Assembly: GCF_006345805.1 (NCBI RefSeq)
Contig: NC_043017.1
Coordinates: forward strand, 21,204,001 to 21,268,000
Direction: 5' to 3'
DNA length: 64,000 nucleotides
Source of the DNA: Octopus sinensis
Lineage: Eukaryota
Part shown: positions 12,435 through 23,945 of the stretch, in pieces
Layout of the letters: the number at the start of each line of letters is the position of its first letter
How positions within the stretch are numbered: position 1 is the stretch's first letter
Program-made: the position numbers and the translations under genes
The notes under the pieces: generated by a model
What the model saw: only the letters and a program-made list of their open reading frames with translations
Databases searched by the model: none
Told to the model about the DNA's origin: nothing

Positions 12435-12833
12435 GGCGCAGGTGTGGCTGTGTGGTAAGTAGCTTGCTAACCAACCACATGGTTCCGGGTTCAGTCCCAC
12501 TGTGTGGCATCTTGGGCAAGTGTCTTCTGCTATAGCCCCGGGCCGACCAATGCCTTGTGAGTGGATTTGGTAGACGGAAACTGAAAGAAGCCTGTCGTAT
12601 ATATGTATATATATATAAGTGTATGTGTTTGTGTATCTGTGTTTGTTCCCCTAGCATTGCTTGACAACTGATGCTGGTGTGTTTACGTCCACGTCACTTA
12701 GCGGTTCAGCAAAAGAGACCGATAGAATAAGTACTGGGCTTACAAAGAATAAGTCCCGGGGTTGATTTGCTCGACTAAAGGCGGTGCTCCAGCATGGCCG
12801 CAGTGAAATGACTGAAACAAGTAAAAAAGAGTA
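12435..12833 (+). mobile_element. SINE family A, full length
   Basis: Closely matches 27549-27954 and 57444-57840. Confidence 0.92.
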
Positions 12834-13080
12834 AGGTGGTGAGCTGACAGAATCATTAGCACGCTAGGCAAAATACTTAATAATGTTTTGTCTTCTGCTA
12901 TGTTCTGAGTTCAAATTCTGCTGAGGTCAACTTAGCCTTTCATCCTTTCGGGGTCATTGAATTAAGTACCAGTAAAACACTAGGGTCGATGTAATCGACT
13001 AGCCCCCCCCCCCCTCCCACCGAATTCCAATCTTTGTGCCTATAATCGAAAAGATTATTATTATTATCATTTTTATTATT
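12833..13080 (+). mobile_element. tRNA-derived SINE family B with (ATT)n tail
   Basis: Head 'aaggtggtgagctgacagaatc', B box 'gagttcaaattc', central 'aggtcaacttagcctttcatcctttcggggtc...taagtaccag' resembling the Meta/MESC SINE domain. Confidence 0.85.
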
Positions 13081-13099
13081 ATTATTATTACTGTCATTC

Positions 13100-13180
13100 A
13101 TCATCATCAACACCATCATCGTTTAACCATCACCTTTTATGCTGGCATGGGTTGGACGGTTCGCCAGGAGCTGGCCAAGC
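13100..13180 (-). mobile_element. Family C 3' tail fragment
   Basis: (CAT)n + 'cgtttaacc...tttatgctggcatgggttggacggtt'. Confidence 0.75.
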
Positions 13181-13392
13181 TCTATAAAAGCAAAGAGACA
13201 GGCCTGGAAAGATTGGGGAAAATTGTAGAAGCAGAGAATTATATCAGGGAGCCAGAAGGGAAGCTAGGGGACAGGTTTACATAGCAAAAGAAATAGCAGA
13301 AGGTCAGAGGTCTGCCAATGTTCTACAGTGGGAGGATCAGAGATGCGGGGTGGTCACGATTGGAAAGCAGTGTATCAGAGAGAATAGAGACT
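13181..13392 (+). mobile_element. RTE-clade LINE ORF2 fragment (endonuclease-RT linker), degenerate
   Basis: With one frameshift translates IKAKRQAWKDW/..RELYQGARREARGQVYIAK..EDQR..IGKQCIRENRD, recalled as the region just upstream of the RT segment seen at 31229. Confidence 0.65.
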
Positions 13393-13668
13393 CTGCTGTT
13401 ATTGTTAAAATATATTTTAATTTTTTAAAACCATTTTTGTTTCTTCTAAGACAATCTGCTTGTATTGTTATGTTCTATGTCTGTATGTCTTCCCCATACT
13501 CTCTCTCTCTCTCTCTCTGTCTCTTTTTCTCCATATCTCCTACACATTCTTGCACACATCCAGATGCAGAGCTAATATATTCGTTAGTCATCTGACCTGT
13601 TGACTTGTTAGTCATTTAGACATTTACATTTCAGACATGGACAAATAGGAAAAAAAAGAACAAAAACA

Positions 13669-13701
<33 letters not shown>

Positions 13702-14007
13702 TAAAAAAAAAAAGAGACTAATGAAAAAAACTGTGAATGAATAAGAAAACTGACTTTAAGATGTTAATACAAATGAGAGAGATTTATAGCAACAACAACA
13801 ACAGCTACAACAACAACAACAGGACCATGACAAAAGTGATGACAAGAAATGGTGATAACAAGAGAATGGAAATGAAGAAGAAGAAAAAAAAAACAACAAT
13901 GCTAAGAATGATGGGAAGAAACAAATACAACACTGGGGAAAAAGAAAATGACACCAATAACAACTACAACAACAGCAAGGGTAACAATAACACAAAGTGA
14001 CAATGAT

Positions 14008-14610
14008 AATGTTGAAGGTGGGGTGGATAATTTTGGAGGGGTGGGGTGGGTAATATTGGAGGCGGGGTGGATAATTTTGGAGGGGTGGGGTGTATAATAT
14101 TGGAGGTGGGGTGGATAATTTTAGAGGGGTGGAGTGGATAATGTTGGAGGTGGAGTGTATAATATTGGAGGTGGGGTGGATAATTTTAGAGGGGTGGGGT
14201 GAATAATATTGGAGGTGGGGTGGATAATTTTGGAGGGGTGGGGTGTACAATATTGGAGGTGGGGTGGATAATTTTAGAGGGGTGGAGTGGATAATGTTGG
14301 AGGTGGAGTGTATAATATTGGAGGTGGGGTGGATAATTTTAGAGGGGTGGGGTGAATAATATTGGAGGTGGGGTGGATAATTTTGGAGGGGTGGGGTGTA
14401 CAATATTGGAGGTGGGGTGGATAATTTTGGAGGGGTGGAGTGGATAATGTTGGAGGTGAGGTGGGCTGGCAAATGTTGGAGGTGGGGTAGGTTGAATAAT
14501 GTTGGGAGGTGGGTGAGGTGGATAATGTTGGAGGTGGGGTGGATAATTTAGAAGGTGGCTAACGTTGGAGGTGGGGTGGAGTGGCTAATGTTGGAGGAGG
14601 TGGGATGGAT
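14008..14610. repeat. G-rich minisatellite (21-23 bp monomers) with ~153-bp higher-order repeat
   Basis: Monomers 'ggaggtggggtggataatttt' and 'ggaggggtggggtgtataatatt'; the minus-strand translation repeats a 51-codon block about 3 times. Confidence 0.9.
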
Positions 14611-14660
14611 AATGAGATGTAGAAAAATAACAATAACAACAATGACCTTCCTTTCATCTT

Positions 14661-14890
14661 TCATTCTTTTGCTTGCTTCTGTGACCATACTGGGGCACTG
14701 CCTTGAAGAATTTTTAGTTGAATGGATTGAACCCCAGGACTTATTTTAATTCAATTTTGGTTTTTGAAGCCTGCTACTTATTCTAACGGTGTCTTTTGCT
14801 GCACTGCCAAGTTATGGGGATGTAAACACACCAACATCGGTTGTCAAGTGGTGATGGGAGACAAGCATAGATATAAACACACACATACAT
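14661..14890 (-). mobile_element. SINE family A, 3' half
   Basis: Reverse complement of the A 3' half. Confidence 0.75.
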
Positions 14891-15110
14891 TACGTACACA
14901 CGCGCATGTATACTGGCATTGATGTAGCAACATTTGAAATATTGTCCAGGTAAATCCAGCTGATGAAGACTAATCAAATTTACAATGACAAACATATTTG
15001 AAGAGTCTGAAACCTAGGTACTGGATTATCCAATTCTGGGTTGTCCAATTTGTCTTGTGTTCTTTCTAGAGGTAACACAGAATTCTTTACGTTTGCTGCC
15101 TTGACACGTC

Positions 15111-15235
15111 TTTGCCAGTATATACACAGTGAAGCTTTACTATAGCGTTGTAAATTAATCTTTGCCTGTATATACACAGTGAATCTTTACTTTAGCGTCC
15201 TAAATTAATCAACTGCTATTTCCAGTAAACATTGG
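15111..15235. repeat. 50-bp tandem duplication of an unclassified dispersed repeat
   Basis: 15111-15160 and 15161-15210 are near-identical; the motif 'cagtgaagctttactatagc...actgctatttccag' recurs at 50620-50679. Confidence 0.75.
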
Positions 15236-15333
15236 TGTTTGTTGTACCACAATTCTGTATTTACACTTCTACCTTCACAGTGCTTTATTTGAATGGAAAG
15301 TAATACATTTGTATTGCAATATTTAATTTTATA

Positions 15334-15545
15334 AAGACGGAAAGCTGGCAGAAACGTTATCACACCAGGCAAAATGCTTAGCGGTATTTCGTCTGTCTTT
15401 ACATTCTGAGTACAAAATCCACCAAGGTCGACTTTGCTTTTCATCCATTCAGAATCGATTAACTAAGTACCAGTTACTGGGGTCAATGTAATCAATCTAG
15501 TCTGTCCTTGTTTGTCTCTGCTATGTGGGCAATAAAGAACTAAAT
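15334..15545 (+). mobile_element. SINE family B (subfamily with 'gtctgtccttgtttgtc...gtgggcaataaagaa' tail)
   Basis: Colinear with the reverse complement of 32104-32343 and 42192-42429. Confidence 0.8.
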
Positions 15546-16444
15546 ATTTAATTTATATATACATATAATAATAATAATAGAAGGGAATATAATTCCAAAC
15601 TTACAGGGAAAAATTCAATCTAGCAATTCTAAATCAAATTTGATTTAGTGAGTTTTTGAATAATATTTATTATAGTATATTTAAATTTTTTCTATGTGGT
15701 ATAGATAATGTCTTTCTTAATAGAATTACTTAGAGGTTATTTCTCTTAATTATACATATATGTATATCGAAGTCACTTGCCCAAGGTGCCATGAAGTGGA
15801 ACTGAACATGGAACTATGTCATTAAGAAGCAAGCCTCTTACCACAAAGCCACTGAGATATATTTTAAAAAAAAAAACAAGAACAACTCCAACAATGAGGA
15901 TGGTGACAGATAACAACCACAACCACAACAACAATAACAATGGCAATGAAGGTGATAATAAGATCTGGAAAAAACAAGAACAATAAAAATAAAAGTCATT
16001 GAGATAATGACTTAATTAATTCCGGTTGTTTTTTTTTATTTTGAATTTAGTTTTATTTTGTTGTTCATTGTCTTATTTATTGTTTTATTTTCTTTTTTCT
16101 TTTATATCATCAAGCAGTAATGTGTTACGTGACCAATAAATCTATTTGTAATATATCGGGTGGTGGTGGTGGTGGTGGTGGTGGGGGTTGATGCTGGTGG
16201 AAAGAGCTGTGTTGGTAGTGATGGGGGTCGGAGTGGGGGGCAGAGCCAGTTAATGAGCCAATGGGAGAGTGATGAGGAGGACAGGGTGGTGCTGGAGAGG
16301 GAAGGGTTATGCATTTAAATTTTTAAAAAACCCCAGAAAAATGAAATAAAAAACAATGCTATTGGTTCCATCACCAGTGAGTATGTCTTCTAAGTTGCAA
16401 CGTGACCCCTTGATGTTGCTGCTCCTCAATGGGGCCATGGTCAA

Positions 16445-16655
16445 TTGCAGGGATCAAGGCCAGCTATATCTAAAGAGGGATGGCAACTTAATTACGTCAG
16501 CTCCAGTACTTTGTTGCTACTTAATTTTCTTGACCCTGAAGAATGAAAAGTAGAATTAACCTCAGCGTGATTTGATCTCAGAACGCAGAGAACTGGAAGA
16601 AGTACTGCTAAGCATTCTGTTTGATGGGCTAACAATTTCACCAGCTTCCCTACCT
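16445..16655 (-). mobile_element. Diverged SINE family B
   Basis: Reverse complement shows B head, core and 'gctggccttg' tail. Confidence 0.55.
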
Positions 16656-16869
16656 TGACCCTTTGCATGCCAATAATAGCAATAACCTTATATTTCTGTG
16701 AAGGGGTTTTGTAAATAATAGGATACAAAAAAAAGGGAAAATAAAAAGTGTAGGGATTGGATGTGTCCAGGGTTGGTGGGAGGCTGGACAGGAGATGTTT
16801 ATTTGAGATTAAGGTAAGCCCTTTTCATTTCTTTCAGCGCTGTCAAGTGGTAACAGTAGATTTGATTTA

Positions 16870-17440
16870 ATGGTGGTGGTACTGGTGTCTGTAGGGATGG
16901 TGATAAGGGTAATGAGAATGGTGGTTGTGGTGGTGGTAGTGTTCTTACTGGGTGTGTTGATGACGGTGGTGCGGGTGTAGTGATATTGGTGGTGTTGATA
17001 GAAGTGGTGATAGTGGAGGTGTTTGAGAGGGGATAGTTAGGGTGGAGGTAGCAGTGGTGGTGGGGGTGATAGAAGTGGTGATGGTGGAGGTGTTTGTAGA
17101 GGGGTAGTTAGGGTGGTGGTGGTGGTGGTGATAGTTGCAGTCTTGATGGTATAGTGATGGTACCCATAGCAGTTGTAGTGCTAACAAAGGTGGTGGTAGT
17201 AGTGGTGGTGGTGAGGGTGGTGATGACACTAACTAAAGTCTCAATGGTAATGATAGTGATGGTGGTGGTGGTGGTGTGGTGGTATTCTTGATAAAGGTGG
17301 CAGCGTTGGTGACAGTGGTGGCACTAGTAGTCTTATTGCAGTGGTAGTAGTGGTCGTGGTTGTGGTGGTAGTGTTGATGATGGTGTTAGTAGCAGTGGTA
17401 GTCATGGTGAGATTGACAGATGAGAAGTTTGGTAATTTGG
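16870..17440. repeat. (GGT)n low-complexity block
   Basis: Seen directly. Confidence 0.9.
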
Positions 17441-17495
17441 CAAAACACACACACACATAAAAAAACAGACACACACATGGAACAACCACACCCAC

Positions 17496-17570
17496 CTGCC
17501 CAGCCCTACCCCATGCCAGCATAAAATGTCCATTCTTTAAAAGCCATCGTGAAGAGGAAATATGTTGGAG
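17496..17570 (-). other. Candidate exon on the minus strand
   Basis: Strong acceptor 'tgtgtttttccctttctccatcctttccag|'; donors CAG|gtgggt (75 nt, LQHISSSRWLLKNGHFMLAWGRAGQ) or GG|gtaggg at 17510 (61 nt, PTYFLFTMAFKEWTFYAGM). Confidence 0.35.
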
Positions 17571-17639
17571 CTGGAAAGGATGGAGAAAGGGAAAAACACA
17601 AAGAATATTAGCAAAATAACTTATGGGGGGGGAGGGCTG

Positions 17640-18145
17640 TGTGTCTGAGCCTCTGGGTGTGTGTGTGTCAATGTGTGTGTATGTGTGTGAGCCTTGTGTG
17701 TGTGTGTGTGAGCCTTGTGTGTGTGTGTGAGCCTTGTGTGTGTGTGCATGTCTGAGCCTGTACATGTCTTGTGTGTATGTGCATGTGTGTGTGTCAATAT
17801 GTGCATGTATGTGTGTATGTATGTATGTATGTATGTATGTATGTATGCATGTGTGTGTATGTGCATATGTGTGTGTGACGTCTGGGCCTGTGTGTATGTG
17901 TACGCCTCTGTATATGTTGATGTGTGCCTGTATCTGTGCATGTGTGAATGTGGTCAATGTGTGTGTGTGAGCTTCTGTGTGTGTGTGTGTGTGTCTAGGT
18001 GTCTGCATGTGTGCTTTGGGTGTGTTTGTCTTGTGTGCATCTGTATGTATATGTGTGCATCTAAGTGTGCATATATGTGCACATGTGTGGAGTCAATGTG
18101 AGTGTGTGTGCCCGTGTGAGCATCTGTGTGTGTGTGCATGAGTGC
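17640..18145. repeat. (GT)n block including a ~20-bp 'gagccttgtgtgtgtg' minisatellite
   Basis: Seen directly. Confidence 0.9.
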
Positions 18146-18150
18146 AGGCA

Positions 18151-18379
18151 TTCTTTTATTCTTTTACTTGTTTTAGTCATTTGACTGTGGCCATGCTGGG
18201 GCACTGCCTTTAGTCGAGCAAATTGACCCCAGGACTTATTCTTTGTAAGCCTAGTACTTATTTTATCAGTCTCTTTTGCCGAACCATTAAGTCATAGGGA
18301 TATAAACACACCAGCATCGATTGTCAAGTGATGTTGGAGAGACAAACACAGACACACAAACATATACACACACATACAT

Positions 18380-18420
<41 letters not shown>

Positions 18421-18580
18421 TATGATGGGCTTCTTTCAGTTTCCGTCTACCAAATCCACTTACAAGGCTTTGGTCAGCCTAAGGCTGTAGTAGAAGACAC
18501 TTGCCCATGGTGCCACACAGTGGGACTGAACCTGGAACCATGTGGTTGATAAGCAAGCTACTTACCACACAGTCCCTCCA
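18151..18580 (-). mobile_element. SINE family A, full length
   Basis: Reverse complement colinear with A. Confidence 0.88.
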
Positions 18581-18764
18581 TGTACACATTTTTTTTTCTT
18601 TTTTTGTGAGCAGATAAGCAAATCCCTCAGCAGGAATCTGCTGTACCCCATCACTTTCATTGGAATCCCCTCGGTGGTGCCCCAACATGGCCACAGTCTA
18701 CTTACTGACTGCAACAAGTAAAAGAATAAAAGAGATCCCTGACCTTGAACTGACCCCTCTCCCC

Positions 18765-19050
18765 TGCTCCACACCAACTCATTGTCCAGTGAAGTGCATG
18801 GTGACCTGAGTAATGTAAGTGGCACAAAAAAAAACCGCACCCAATCCACGTTGTGAAGTGGTTGACGTTAGGAAGGGCTTCCGGCCCTAAAAACTATCCA
18901 AAACAAACAATGGAGCTCAATGAAGTCCTTGGAAACCCCAGATTTTGTCAAACTGTGCAACCCAGGCTAGCATGGAACATGGAAGTGAAATGATGATGAT
19001 GATGATAACGATGATGATGATGATGATGGTAGCATAATACATAACACAGA

Positions 19051-19081
<31 letters not shown>

Positions 19082-19190
19082 ACATAGCACAGATGATGAT
19101 GACGATGAGGATGAAGATGATGATTATGATGACGATACATAGCATAGATGTATAGCACAGATGATGCTGACGATGACGATGTCGATGATA
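18765..19190 (+). mobile_element. Family C element with expanded (GAT)n tail
   Basis: 'gtggttgacgttaggaagggc...cccaggctagcatggaa' then GAT repeats interrupted by a recurring 'tacatagcacag' unit. Confidence 0.7.
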
Positions 19191-20065
19191 CTAGCATCAG
19201 ATCTCACCCCAGTTTGACTTTATTGATACCTGAAATATCTAAAATCACACGAAATAATTCTATTTTGAATAAATTGATTTATAAAAAAAAAAACATTAAA
19301 AAGAAGTCCATCTGCTATTGGTTTGGAAAACGTTGCTTCACTAAAAATTCTTGCATTGAAACAATCCAGAAGCTGGATTGTTCCAAGTTGGCACTTCATT
19401 AAAAATGCATGAACATTTACGAAACAAATGAAGAATCTAAAATAAAATTTTACTCTCACTTTTCTTGACTTTTTGGTGATATTTTTCTTTTGTTCTTTGT
19501 TTTCCAAAATTTTGAAACTGATTTGCATAATTACTGTAAATGGATTATTTTCCTAATCAGTAACATTTTTCCAAGCAGTGCTGGCGGCTATACATTGTTC
19601 TCTTGGTTTTATGGCCAGGAGCTAACACGAAGAAATCTTGGTTGATTCCGACGAAAGAGGAACAGACAGAATTAAACATGAGGAAATAACAGGATTCCAA
19701 GTTGACTACAAAGGAAGCTGAGACTTTGAGCTTGTGCCATATTGATGGCACACGTGCAAATGAAAGGTAGATTGGAGAGTAAAGTGATTTAAATACAAAG
19801 AAGATGCGATTGTGAGGATCAAAGGTCAAGGAGAATATGACTTTGGAAATGATATGTTCCTGCGCAAGACTTTAGCAAAATTTGGATCTTACTACATGAA
19901 GCATGCATATGTAGACTTGCATACACACACACACAAACGCATCAATGGGTGGATGAGAGGTGAGTTTTAGACTCTGGATGGAGGGAAAATTAGCTTCATC
20001 TACAGACATAGCTTCCTTCAATCCCCGTTGCATACACATACAATCATTCACACACACACACACAC

Positions 20066-20425
20066 ACACACACAGGGAGTGGGCTGGCAGAATTATTAGC
20101 ATATCAAGCAAAATTCTTGATGCCATTTCTTACGGCACTTTATGTTCTGAGTTCAAATCCAGCCAAGGTTAACTTTGCCCATCATCTCTTAGAGGTCGAT
20201 AAAATAAATTTACGAGTCAAATGATGGGGAGTGGTGGTGGTGGTGGTGGTGGTGGTGGTGGTGATGATGGAGCAGTGTAAACGGTTTAACCCCTTCCTTC
20301 AAGACCTGCTGACCATGAACTCTGCAATGGACCGGTGTCCCGTTCAAGGGGATTGCTGCAATCTCAGTCACTCACACCCCAAGGAAACTGGGTAACTGGT
20401 CTTATGAAGCCTAGAGACCAAGAAA
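20066..20425 (+). mobile_element. SINE B head/core followed by a tail-Y-like segment
   Basis: B core at 20150-20210; 'ctgcaatggaccggtgtcccgttcaagggg...gaaactgggtaactgg' resembles tail Y of 62099-62420. Confidence 0.55.
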
Positions 20426-20430
20426 AATAA

Positions 20431-20600
20431 GGAATATGTGGCTGTGTGGTAAGAAGCTTGCTCCCCAAACCACATGCGTCTGGGTTCAGTCCCACTGCCT
20501 GGTACCTTGGACAAGTATCTTCTACTATAGCCTCAGGCCAATCAAAGCCTTGTGAGTGGATTTGGTAGACGGAAACTGAAAAGAAGCCCATTGTACACAT
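20431..20600 (+). mobile_element. SINE family A, 5' half
   Basis: A head through 'gaaagaagccc'. Confidence 0.8.
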
Positions 20601-20630
20601 ACATATGTATAAATATATATATATATATAT

Positions 20631-20753
20631 CAGCCGAAATTGCGAAGATGATCCGGTTCTTGACTGAAGATTGAAGGCTTCGAATGTCCCGTCCATGTTT
20701 CTTGTATCGTCTTCTAAATGTTTCACGTTCTTGTCCCAGTTTGTATTTTTTTA
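20631..20753 (+). mobile_element. Unclassified dispersed repeat (family H) between (TA)n runs
   Basis: Matches 40722-40853 ('cagccgaaattgc.aagatgatc.ggttcttgactga.ga.tga.ggcttcgaatgtcccgtcc'). Confidence 0.7.
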
Positions 20754-20757
20754 CATT

Positions 20758-20797
<40 letters not shown>

Positions 20798-20798
20798 C

Positions 20799-21003
20799 TC
20801 AAGTCACAAGGCCCAAAAATTTTTGGGGAGGGGGCAGTTGATTAGATCGACCCCAGTACACAACAGGTACTTAATTTATCAACCCTGAAAGGATGAAAGG
20901 CAAAGTCAACATAAATGAAATTTGAACTCAGAACATAAAGACAGACGAAATACTGTCAAGCATTTTGCCCGGCATGCTAACATTCCAGCCAACTTGTCGC
21001 CTT
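20799..21003 (-). mobile_element. SINE family B
   Basis: Reverse complement of the B consensus. Confidence 0.8.
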
Positions 21004-21012
21004 ATTTATATA

Positions 21013-21048
<36 letters not shown>

Positions 21049-21103
21049 TGTATGTATGTATGTATGTATGTATGTATGTATGTATATATATATATATATA
21101 TAG

Positions 21104-21485
21104 TTGCAGGTATGGCTGTGTGGTAAGAAGCTTGCTTGCCAACCACATGGCTCTGGGATCAGTCTTGCTGCATGGCACCTTGGGCAAGTGTCTTCTAAAT
21201 AAAGTCTTGTGAGTGGATTTGGTAGATGGAAACTGGAAGAAGCCCATTGTATATATATGTGTGTTTGTGTCCTTATTTGTTTCCCACCACCACCACCAAC
21301 ACTTGATAACAGGTCTTGGTGTGATTGATTCCCCATAACTTAGCAGTTCGGCAAAAGAGACGGACAGATTAAATACCAAGCTTAACAAAAGAACAACTCC
21401 TGGGGTTGATTCATTCGGGTGAAGATTTCTTCGAGGTGATGCCCCAGCATGGCCACAATCTAAATGACTAAAACAAGTAAAAAAA
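21104..21485 (+). mobile_element. SINE family A with small internal deletion
   Basis: Colinear with A. Confidence 0.8.
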
Positions 21486-21914
21486 AAACAAACAATAAAA
21501 GAAGACACACACACACTCATACTTCATATATACACACACATCTTAAACTGTCATACACACACACGTATATGTCTGTGTGTGTTTAAGTGTGTATGCACGT
21601 GAGCGTATATATATAATATATATATATATATACACACACACATATATATATATAGTGTATGGGAATAAACACGCATTTCCTCTAATAGCCATCATGTCTC
21701 TTTTATAATTCAACACACATCGACTCATTGATTATAAATACATGCAGCACCATGTATTCAATGCCGTTCTCCACAGAACGCCTGCAATTGTATTGAAATT
21801 TTACTACATGCCTATTTGAATACCACATGCATGAATGCACAGTTATCGCACCATATTTGCCCATGTTTATCTTTCGCTTCTTTTTGAAAACTATTATTTT
21901 CTTTCCTTTCTGAG

Positions 21915-21939
21915 TTTACGTTTTATATATATATTATAT

Positions 21940-21974
<35 letters not shown>

Positions 21975-22052
21975 ATGTGTGTGTATGTGTAAAGATATAT
22001 GTGTGTGTGTATAGATATATGTTTATATTGTGTGTGTGTGTGTATATATATA

Positions 22053-22090
<38 letters not shown>

Positions 22091-22318
22091 TATATATTAT
22101 ATATATGAATAATATATATATATACATAATATATATATATATGTACACTGTACATATATCCATATACTCGTATGTATGCATATATGTTTGCACATATTTA
22201 TGTATATATATTATACATGTATATGTCTGAATGTATTGTGTATATGTGTATGCATATATTTTAGTGTGTATGTATTTATAAATAAACACACATTCCACAT
22301 GCCTTCATCTATGTACAT

Positions 22319-22356
<38 letters not shown>

Positions 22357-22379
22357 GTATATATGCATATGTATGTGTG

Positions 22380-22448
<69 letters not shown>

Positions 22449-22637
22449 ATACAGATGTATGTGTATGCTTATATATATATCGATACATACACATATACAC
22501 ACACACATATACATAAATACAACTTGAGTCTGAGATCTTTTAAACATGTCTATGACCAATAGAAAGAAACAAAACAAACTTTTTCAAAATAAAAAAATAA
22601 AATTCTATACGTGCATACATGTATGTATATATATATG

Positions 22638-22672
<35 letters not shown>

Positions 22673-22690
22673 GTGTGTGTGTGTAAATAA
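21915..22690. repeat. (TA)n/(GT)n/(TATG)n block
   Basis: Seen directly. Confidence 0.9.
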
Positions 22691-23194
22691 GATGTGCAGT
22701 TGCATGTGACAACAACTACAGCTTTTCTCATTGCTTCTTGTTTACTTTATACAACGGAGCATTCCTCAGGCAACAATACGCACGCACATGTCTTCAGGAG
22801 ACTCAATGTTTCTAACGTGTTCAAAAGGCAGCAACAACAACAACAACAACAGCAGCAGCGTTATCTTATATTTTGTTTGTATTGTTATTTTGTTGTTCTG
22901 TTTTTTTTAGCTTTTCTTTTGGTTTCTTTATTTATGCTGTTGCCTTTGTTTTTTCCGAAAAAAAAAAACTGTAAATGAGCTAATTGTTATTTTTTGGTTT
23001 TTTGTTTGATGTTTTGCTTCAGTTGTAAAAAGAAAGACAATACGTATACATGCACACATGCAAGCCCATATGAATATATACACATGCACGCATATATTCA
23101 TACACACACATACATATACACACATATATATGCATGCATACATATATTGATAGTATATTTGTATTCCACGTCTCTTCAGCTGGTTTTTCAAAGC

Positions 23195-23245
23195 ACATTA
23201 TTATTATTATTTTTATTTTTGATGTTATTGTTATTATTATTATTA

Positions 23246-23280
<35 letters not shown>

Positions 23281-23389
23281 GATGTTATTGTTAATATTAT
23301 TATTATTATTATTTTTGATGTTATTGTTATTATTATTATTATTTTTATTATTATTATTTTTATTATTATTATTATTATAATTATTATCA

Positions 23390-23434
<45 letters not shown>

Positions 23435-23540
23435 TTATTATTATTGATGTTATTGTTAATATTATTATTATTATTATTATCATTATTATTATTATTATTA
23501 TTATTATTGTTATTATTATTGTTATTAATATTATTATTAT
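23195..23540. repeat. Long (ATT)n microsatellite, contiguous with the 3' end of the R4-like fragment
   Basis: Seen directly. Confidence 0.92.
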
Positions 23541-23740
23541 TCAAATACAATCAACAGATTAGACTGTTGGAAAAGAAAAGAATCCTAACATTGGGCTACA
23601 ACAAGTAGTTTTTGATGCCAAGAAACTTCCTATTCGGTTACAACAAGTAACCTTAGATGCCAAGAACCCTCCTAAGTATCCTAGCTGTCCCTAATAACAT
23701 TGTTTTTTGCAGCTTTACTAAACTGGGCTTAATGCCTATC
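23541..23740 (-). mobile_element. R4/Dong-like (RLE-type) non-LTR retrotransposon 3' fragment
   Basis: Minus strand IGIKPSLVKLQKTMLLGTARILRRVLGI* (stop 23655-23653), the conserved C-terminal motif after the restriction-like endonuclease; both flanks are TAA repeats. Confidence 0.75.
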
Positions 23741-23762
23741 ATTATTATAATAATTATTATCA

Positions 23763-23820
<58 letters not shown>

Positions 23821-23821
23821 T

Positions 23822-23945
23822 CAGTGGGAGAGCAGTGCATGCCATCAAACTGACACTGAGGTAAAATATGTAAAGCTTAGCGTAGCCATCTGAACTTTTG
23901 AGAAAAAGTGACATAATTCTTTTTTGGGAACTGGATCTTGAAGCA
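23822..23945. mobile_element. Dispersed repeat end abutting (ATT)n
   Basis: 'gagagcagt.catgccatcaaa.tgacac' recurs at 63966-64000, also directly after (ATT)n. Confidence 0.55.

Noticed and set aside
13756-14472. 238-aa Pro-rich repetitive ORF resembling an extensin or mucin
   Set aside because: It is the reverse complement of the G-rich minisatellite; there is no splice or start context.
14008-14610. Regular short repeats that might suggest a CRISPR array
   Set aside because: No unique spacers, no cas genes, eukaryotic context.
22994-23562. Poly-Ile/Leu/Asn ORFs that look like membrane proteins (also 37925-38239 and 39538-39862)
   Set aside because: Translations of (ATT)n microsatellites.
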